NCBI GenBank assembly: GCA_902612125.1
Contig: CACMBV010000002.1
Coordinates: forward strand, 73,282-137,281
Direction of reading: 5' to 3'
DNA: 64,000 nt
DNA from: an uncultured Verrucomicrobiota bacterium
Lineage (GTDB): Bacteria; Verrucomicrobiota; Verrucomicrobiia; Opitutales; Seribacteraceae
Below the pieces are notes generated by a model. The model was not told the origin of the DNA. It did no database searches and saw only the letters and a list, made by a program, of their open reading frames with translations. The position numbers were made by a program, and so were the translations under genes. Each line of letters starts with the position of its first letter. Position 1 is the stretch's first letter. Shown piece after piece: positions 61,801 through 64,000 of the stretch.

Positions 61801-63679
61801 CGCCCTTGAATGCGGGTCCATAAAAATCCATCTCTCTGTTTGCAGCTGCCGCTTTTTGCAACGCGTTGACACCCAATCCATCCAGGCTATCATGGAAATT
61901 TTCGCGAGTGTAGTAGTTGCCCGCAGCACCGCCATTACTAGTATTGCTATCAAATTGCAGGCTGTAAGCTGTTTGACGCTGATTGGAGGTAAAATAAGAA
62001 TATTTATCGTAATCTAGGGTAACGGTGGGAGAAATTACAGGATTGAGATCAAAGGAACCATCTGAATTGCGAAGATAAAATTCCCGGACTTCCTCCATTG
62101 CTTTTTTTAAGGCATTCTGAGAAACAGGCTCGTAACTGTCATTACTAAGACCTGCAAAAATGGGATTTCCCAAGTTATTTAGCTTAGGCCCTCCAGCTCC
62201 ATCGTAGTTGAAACCTTCATCCCGGAATCTGGCAGGAATCACCAGAACTTTTCTAAATCCGTTGATGGGTAATACATTCGCCAGGGGCTCTACATCATGG
62301 TCATATTCTATGACAAAAGGAAGTGAAAGCTGATCATCGTATTCATTCCATTTACCTGAAGAAATCTCAATAGCTGCATAATGTAATTGGGTTGAATTTG
62401 GAGGCTGTGCGTTAATCCAGTTGGTATAACCCTTTGATATTTGATCTCCACTTAACCAATACCATGTATCGTTGGCCGAGGTTGTATTAAGATTTATTGA
62501 GACGGTTGTATTTTGATCTCTATTGAAAGAAGATCCAGTCTCCAAAAACCTTTTTGTTGAACCCAACCATGCATGTGAGAGTGACAAATTGGAATCAGTA
62601 AGAAGCTTTTGCACATAATCGTTTTCCGCCTGAGACCCAATACATACTAACCGTCCATTTTTTGAAGTAGCATTAAGATCCGCATTCGCCCAAGTCATGG
62701 GAGTGGATATGACCTCATATCTTTTGGTAAAATAGCTGGTTACTCCGTTACTGCCAGCTAAGTACGGATAATTTATGGTTGTTAGATATCTTGCTGCTCG
62801 TCGTTCGGCACCTTGGACATTTTCTTCAAAAAATGCTTTTTCAACATCACTGGAAAAAGTAATTTTCTGCCCGGCAAACAATACATTGTCACTACCTGAA
62901 CCTTCAGAAATCACTTTGCGAAAAGGATTGTCGGCAATTGCTATGCTATTCCCAATAGAAACTCCATAAAAGGCCAGTCCTTGAACTCTTTTGAGATTTT
63001 TTCTCTCACCATATGTGTATACATCAAATTTTTTGCCTTTTGTCTTGAGTTTGGTGCTTAGCTTAGGAACTGAATATTTATTCCTTTTACCCTCATATAC
63101 ACTTTCCAAATCTCCATACCCTTCATGCCAAACTTCTAGATTTTTCTGTATTTCGGTTGGAAGGCTCTGTATGACAAAATCAGAAAGGGCTCGATCGAGG
63201 GCTCCTTTTGGATCTTTCTGAATCAGACCTTCAAAAGCTTGCACGCGCGTGCGCGAGAGTTTATGACCCATTTGATAGAATTGTTTTAGCCTTTGGGGGT
63301 CTTCTTGCAGGCTACTTTGTGAATTACCATAATTTATTTCTTGAAAGGAAGATACCCATTCATCAAAAACATCCAATATTTGCTTGGAATCATTTGGGGG
63401 GGTTATTGGCGAAAGAGAATCTACTATTTCTGTTTTAGCCCCCTTTCTTAATAGTGGCTCAGTCTTAGACTTGTTTTGATTTGTAACCAAAACTTTTTTT
63501 TTGGTTATTTGAGGTAGTTTTTCTTCGGGTAAATAAGAGGTAGTCCTCTTTGAGGTTTCACTGAGGATTAGAATTAAAAAAAGAGAGAATGTGAGCAGAC
63601 AACCGCTAAAAATAATCCAAAAAGCCCTTGAACCACTCAAAGTGGACTTGAGTTTATAAAATTTCAAGGGACAGGGCAT
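52787..63679 (-). CDS. Giant exported metalloprotease/adhesin, N-terminal part (metzincin M6/M11-like, 2 C-type lectin, PKD-like and LamG domains)
   Basis: 3,630 aa; N-terminal TM; HELGHNFGLSH plus Met-turn YSIMG; CTL motifs WIGGSD...WKW...EPDN...WND; LamG motifs HYWSFDE, WHHV, GxIDEV. Confidence 0.85.
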   Translation of the reverse strand: MPCPLKFYKLKSTLSGSRAFWIIFSGCLLTFSLFLILILSETSKRTTSYLPEEKLPQITKKKVLVTNQNKSKTEPLLRKGAKTEIVDSLSPITPPNDSKQILDVFDEWVSSFQEINYGNSQSSLQEDPQRLKQFYQMGHKLSRTRVQAFEGLIQKDPKGALDRALSDFVIQSLPTEIQKNLEVWHEGYGDLESVYEGKRNKYSVPKLSTKLKTKGKKFDVYTYGERKNLKRVQGLAFYGVSIGNSIAIADNPFRKVISEGSGSDNVLFAGQKITFSSDVEKAFFEENVQGAERRAARYLTTINYPYLAGSNGVTSYFTKRYEVISTPMTWANADLNATSKNGRLVCIGSQAENDYVQKLLTDSNLSLSHAWLGSTKRFLETGSSFNRDQNTTVSINLNTTSANDTWYWLSGDQISKGYTNWINAQPPNSTQLHYAAIEISSGKWNEYDDQLSLPFVIEYDHDVEPLANVLPINGFRKVLVIPARFRDEGFNYDGAGGPKLNNLGNPIFAGLSNDSYEPVSQNALKKAMEEVREFYLRNSDGSFDLNPVISPTVTLDYDKYSYFTSNQRQTAYSLQFDSNTSNGGAAGNYYTRENFHDSLDGLGVNALQKAAAANREMDFYGPAFKGVADINISGVVDGNFSHPPEVLIIGGNNQTNPDADFVPAKAEAVVNAKGQITDIRILDSGSFYYEDNSSITVLLDGNNSFNSHFNVIVDEICVSWVVVTTYAPDQVWGVAKIGDSGAHVVSPQPSPWYPAKWHPDGRVFDPQYGGLGNPGNPMFASTIAHELGHNFGLSHANLYLSRSERPNSDDGTLQTYANPYSIMGNQASINAGDLTIPAKVMMKKRNGFGLTIGNKKGVDIGKIDSTSALQNTDLDLNLTSLPQNTFRIYRHDYGNGPYPLLQGEYILNINNDLADWLRQQSYSTDLLVGGPGEGGEATLDMSYPTPTITIVESGMGYSSQPTISVVDTTGNVILEIDPSSILVGNGTGTDNFRQAQLYNQAEGAHRGLRGLEVNASAYSPSLLEYKDQNFSNPSTIPFQSYWLSYRRSASEYGLSVINGYRSDAYTANGLGYPLSSTIQHGLLDMTPNTPEDFTDLFLMLGHTYSDYDSDVHITPIAKGGIPPMEYLDVVVNMGNSSSATVQDFSVYASSRNPEVGQEVSMSVTFSHSQDKNYSYGWFANEKMLVDAENGNGIRYEWVNQRMSYHEAKVFAQAKGGYLASISTLDELNEVFAVVTKNINMRIIPDSLGKVYHGNGNDGGDDYVDGTTYFWIGGSDYANEGVWKWESGEPFTFSNWGSKNGFVEPDNFNDGINDQDGLAVALQPWPFGYAGEWNDLKLTERFTFVIEYPTGKYEGTNQNQFLNRQSITKVFETPGKHVIRVVVSDLKGGIASKNVVFNVGDYQQSETSSISGTVFSNHGSIQGARVAFSKADIIEHTVSMEGSERDWFLPNGSNSPSVFNIDGQTAPQLNFSRGQIHRFYFDESAKKFGLTFFDQPESEAPRVEIRMKIKPMVDNQGDGYTTNPEVNSTETGLHSSYFSKETSTIKELQDLETSGYVLGQQNQEFQITRPFAKSLLADTNITGVRIRPVEADEFGNYIVYGGQGHDRNNPPSVKIMRESLWEDYTNANATAVAYVDGVGTISPSNADNGFLGNRWQVFAQNDPIPNLVIWGSGSEANATVSSSSTSNPNRYYRSIDISNQGIGFEPNATMAVLHYPFVPFAMWTFDRHETLYDDPTYARYSPSPAWNKPLLPNNIIHYWSFDEENGTVLADQPTSGNGTPFSLTTWNANADLSDLNRSTWGIKGRALRLHATDNNATSAAGVIPSAYPFTFAAWILPDPEAPISLSFASSPVTSTQSTGMARKYFLKDDEKARTTTLHQWGHLAVVAVGDNNYTLYVDGFSTGAAQSPITKNTDLTINAFNGLIDEVYIYNTALTSTEVKVLAGRQYLDLSGNKRHIAPIGNDFNMSTPAMNGSDSSVPVPNRVQNGRVGRLGDSFNNEDHGRSAKLDGDDYLDLSHLSSEFSALSAGALGFWIKTSSTDAVILSGSKSDDNDTYFQIFVNANGNLETVLFNDGSEVTRYYAQGTINDNAWHHVFLATSATSQNIWIDGQAKTTQGYAGGSGAQPGFLADVQGMDHLAFGKHLDSNTTSFLNGNLDDIHFYAESNFSQDDVSFLYNLNQGRELVPRLEAVVDAVGTVKLSSSGNGYKEQPTAEFSYGLDGNLTQDLIYTGKSVATRAYLNDSLGQSSHGQLRYVQENSSVYSFHFSRPDSDTTWRSDQNNSAWRLYQRAVGTPEMNATQVEKIIWTKQMDTFTQIKLPDDRNVTRKFLEYVEHNGTNVVPSLGLFGYATPPALKVGGSPTDENATAYSLFFIDENSDDTAKITNHGQGLTQTGFGQASVRISGKGFQPQQTYNKTYTDTFGKPQYLSIILNKEEEYENQADVNNSGTFNFQLTTNLTNVGNYSYTNTRFQPRGRLVGSRLIPVRDTRTVNGQIVYTFDPPISTDPDWIGEDILIYPWRVNESATTDQVTIYDTIIGNQSTKFTQEVRRGDLISGYEVVEVVDDQILIISHASEEGGFDFFDLQSWDADADGIMENIGILTAISQTGSDYNPFSATQSFTDFTPEQEQPKVNDNQIDFNRTISEVVVNDSGFGYLMPLEIFSLGGTPTFTATTAWALANNLVKNYQPATFELAPGVTDSNGSIAEGNNSIIVTDGGYGYYASPQIIITGGGGNGAEANATLGERFILTIGNAVLNIGLLNSNLLRSPTAANLPARSVSTSRVVFEQNDTIAPLQCQLVLTETNATHEGNVTIKFQPGTTVDELIIVLNDPANASLFDPLGGSAVLIQGDRRSILDGMNGTSHDSLHSIRHVTVNSGGRGYRNVEAGNTPEAKLLTTSTPLSSAERNASLEVKLGGSLASIGTCLDCEQGIQFGTLPSTSTLLIHDHVHPWVEIWDRGRTESNITERAFAVPKIKDGKIEKVVVVDPGNGYIDPVARIHGASPKGSWYYNTTQNNTDYYDMRTWRCTNLRENREGLFVECNHTQIGEYPPERCPGEEDFTGDLTAWQNGHSNAQLRTRNLHPDCAGTTHYNVAFKTTVCGGGKANFVLTNDLYRAPTANWQSWDAELSVTTDRGEIEEIRVLNGGGEMYLAGELAVAGSGAGVEPILVIDEFGLNTRIIFDDPMLKNLSRDQITNPKGAGMGFVERPWSWDQTTLPRFGAAERAFVITGSYDYLRDGIYGDEAQDGAGYDWQYGDATINSGQYGDRVEYIEVSDFGEFNESRTDFQVIIDYNGSAISGFEPAQIGVSSTFRLTRVRIDGNATYLDQPSENNNTHRTRSLYTETPKFNIIDQYGLTIPMIEQNASNFIYGNGNSNYKISTEGNYFDLYIDDRMPNEFYYGFGRGDTYLPAMGGKIKVSDPVPGFTWGRNEPLERNASVYTDQNGYYMMPNLEPGLYNVGVFLEDKFFQESTFRPVSNPKLVSQVLYVPGLPKLHLEADNLGLGVCKLQWSIESRKLSIPLALMDSLQRDEYGKKKLESIGAGFNPNEIPELIILPDNANTGSGVPNVDAFANIDGSLNLTVIDDANSSIFNPGDRFTVFYSSSITGVDFVEDYPLSLSSSSAWGGESKCIARGI
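52816..52824 (-). repeat. G9 homopolymer at the frameshift point
   Basis: Plus-strand C9; with G8 the frame reads AWGGSLNALQGGSDRIE into the downstream ORF. Confidence 0.85.
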
Positions 63680-63721
63680 TCTAGAATATAAAGGACTTAC
63701 CGATTCATTGCAAAAAAATCA

Positions 63722-64000
63722 TCATTCACCAAGACCATCACCATCCTTGAAATTCCTCCTAATCGTACCTGTTGGTGTCAAGATTACGGGATCCTTGAAG
63801 ATAGATTGAGGACTTATGTTTTGAATATTTTCCCGTACCGGGGACCCTCCTCGTGAAACAATACTGGCACTTACAAAAATAAGCAGGTTTCGTTTATGAT
63901 AACTCTCTGCAGAAGATTGAAAAAGTCTTCCCAAAAGTGGTATATTTCCAAGCACCGGAACCTTGTCATTAACAGTCTTTACCTCTTCTCTTGTCAGCCC
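63722..64000 (-). CDS. Secretin (GspD/PilQ/RcpA family), C-terminal fragment
   Basis: Open to the window edge: GLTREEVKTVNDKVPVLGNIPLLGRLFQS...KRNLLIFVSASIV, the secretin C-terminal signature. Confidence 0.88.
   Translation of the reverse strand, partial: GLTREEVKTVNDKVPVLGNIPLLGRLFQSSAESYHKRNLLIFVSASIVSRGGSPVRENIQNISPQSIFKDPVILTPTGTIRRNFKDGDGLGE

Noticed and set aside
1-64000. tRNA, rRNA, CRISPR array, IS element or prophage
   Set aside because: Intergenic gaps are short; I saw no cloverleaf, spaced direct repeats, transposase, integrase or phage hallmark genes by eye.

Overview
Compact bacterial window, most consistent with a marine Verrucomicrobiota/Opitutales genome (inferred from gene content: PVC-type ECF sigma factor, several PQQ-like propellers, giant exoproteins). 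It has three parts. (1) 1-13.8 kb: a tightly packed minus-strand operon, running off the left edge, under a divergent MarR gene with a palindromic operator. It encodes three exported PQQ-like beta-propellers, a Na+/solute symporter with its small partner, an EhpF/GriC-like adenylating enzyme, a GriD/EhpG-like reductase, an Fe-alcohol dehydrogenase, a HemN-like radical SAM enzyme, a chorismate-lyase-like protein and a flavin-dependent halogenase-like enzyme. This is a candidate uncharacterised aromatic metabolite or cofactor pathway. (2) 13.8-37.3 kb: a fourth propeller, ECF sigma/anti-sigma, SulP and housekeeping genes (tatD, trxB, oleC/oleD-like, RNA methyltransferases, hisC, metG, rho, hisF). 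(3) 37.3-64 kb: a co-oriented run of secretin, a ~4,880-aa metalloprotease/lectin exoprotein split by a frameshift in a G9 tract, a 3,186-aa Ig/propeller exoprotein and two GT4 glycosyltransferases. Both giant proteins end in a related Trp-rich domain and are strongly enriched in D/E-X-N-X-S/T sequons, suggesting Campylobacter-type N-glycosylation. I recognised no rRNA, tRNA, CRISPR array or transposase. All family calls are from motif recognition by eye; no searches were run.
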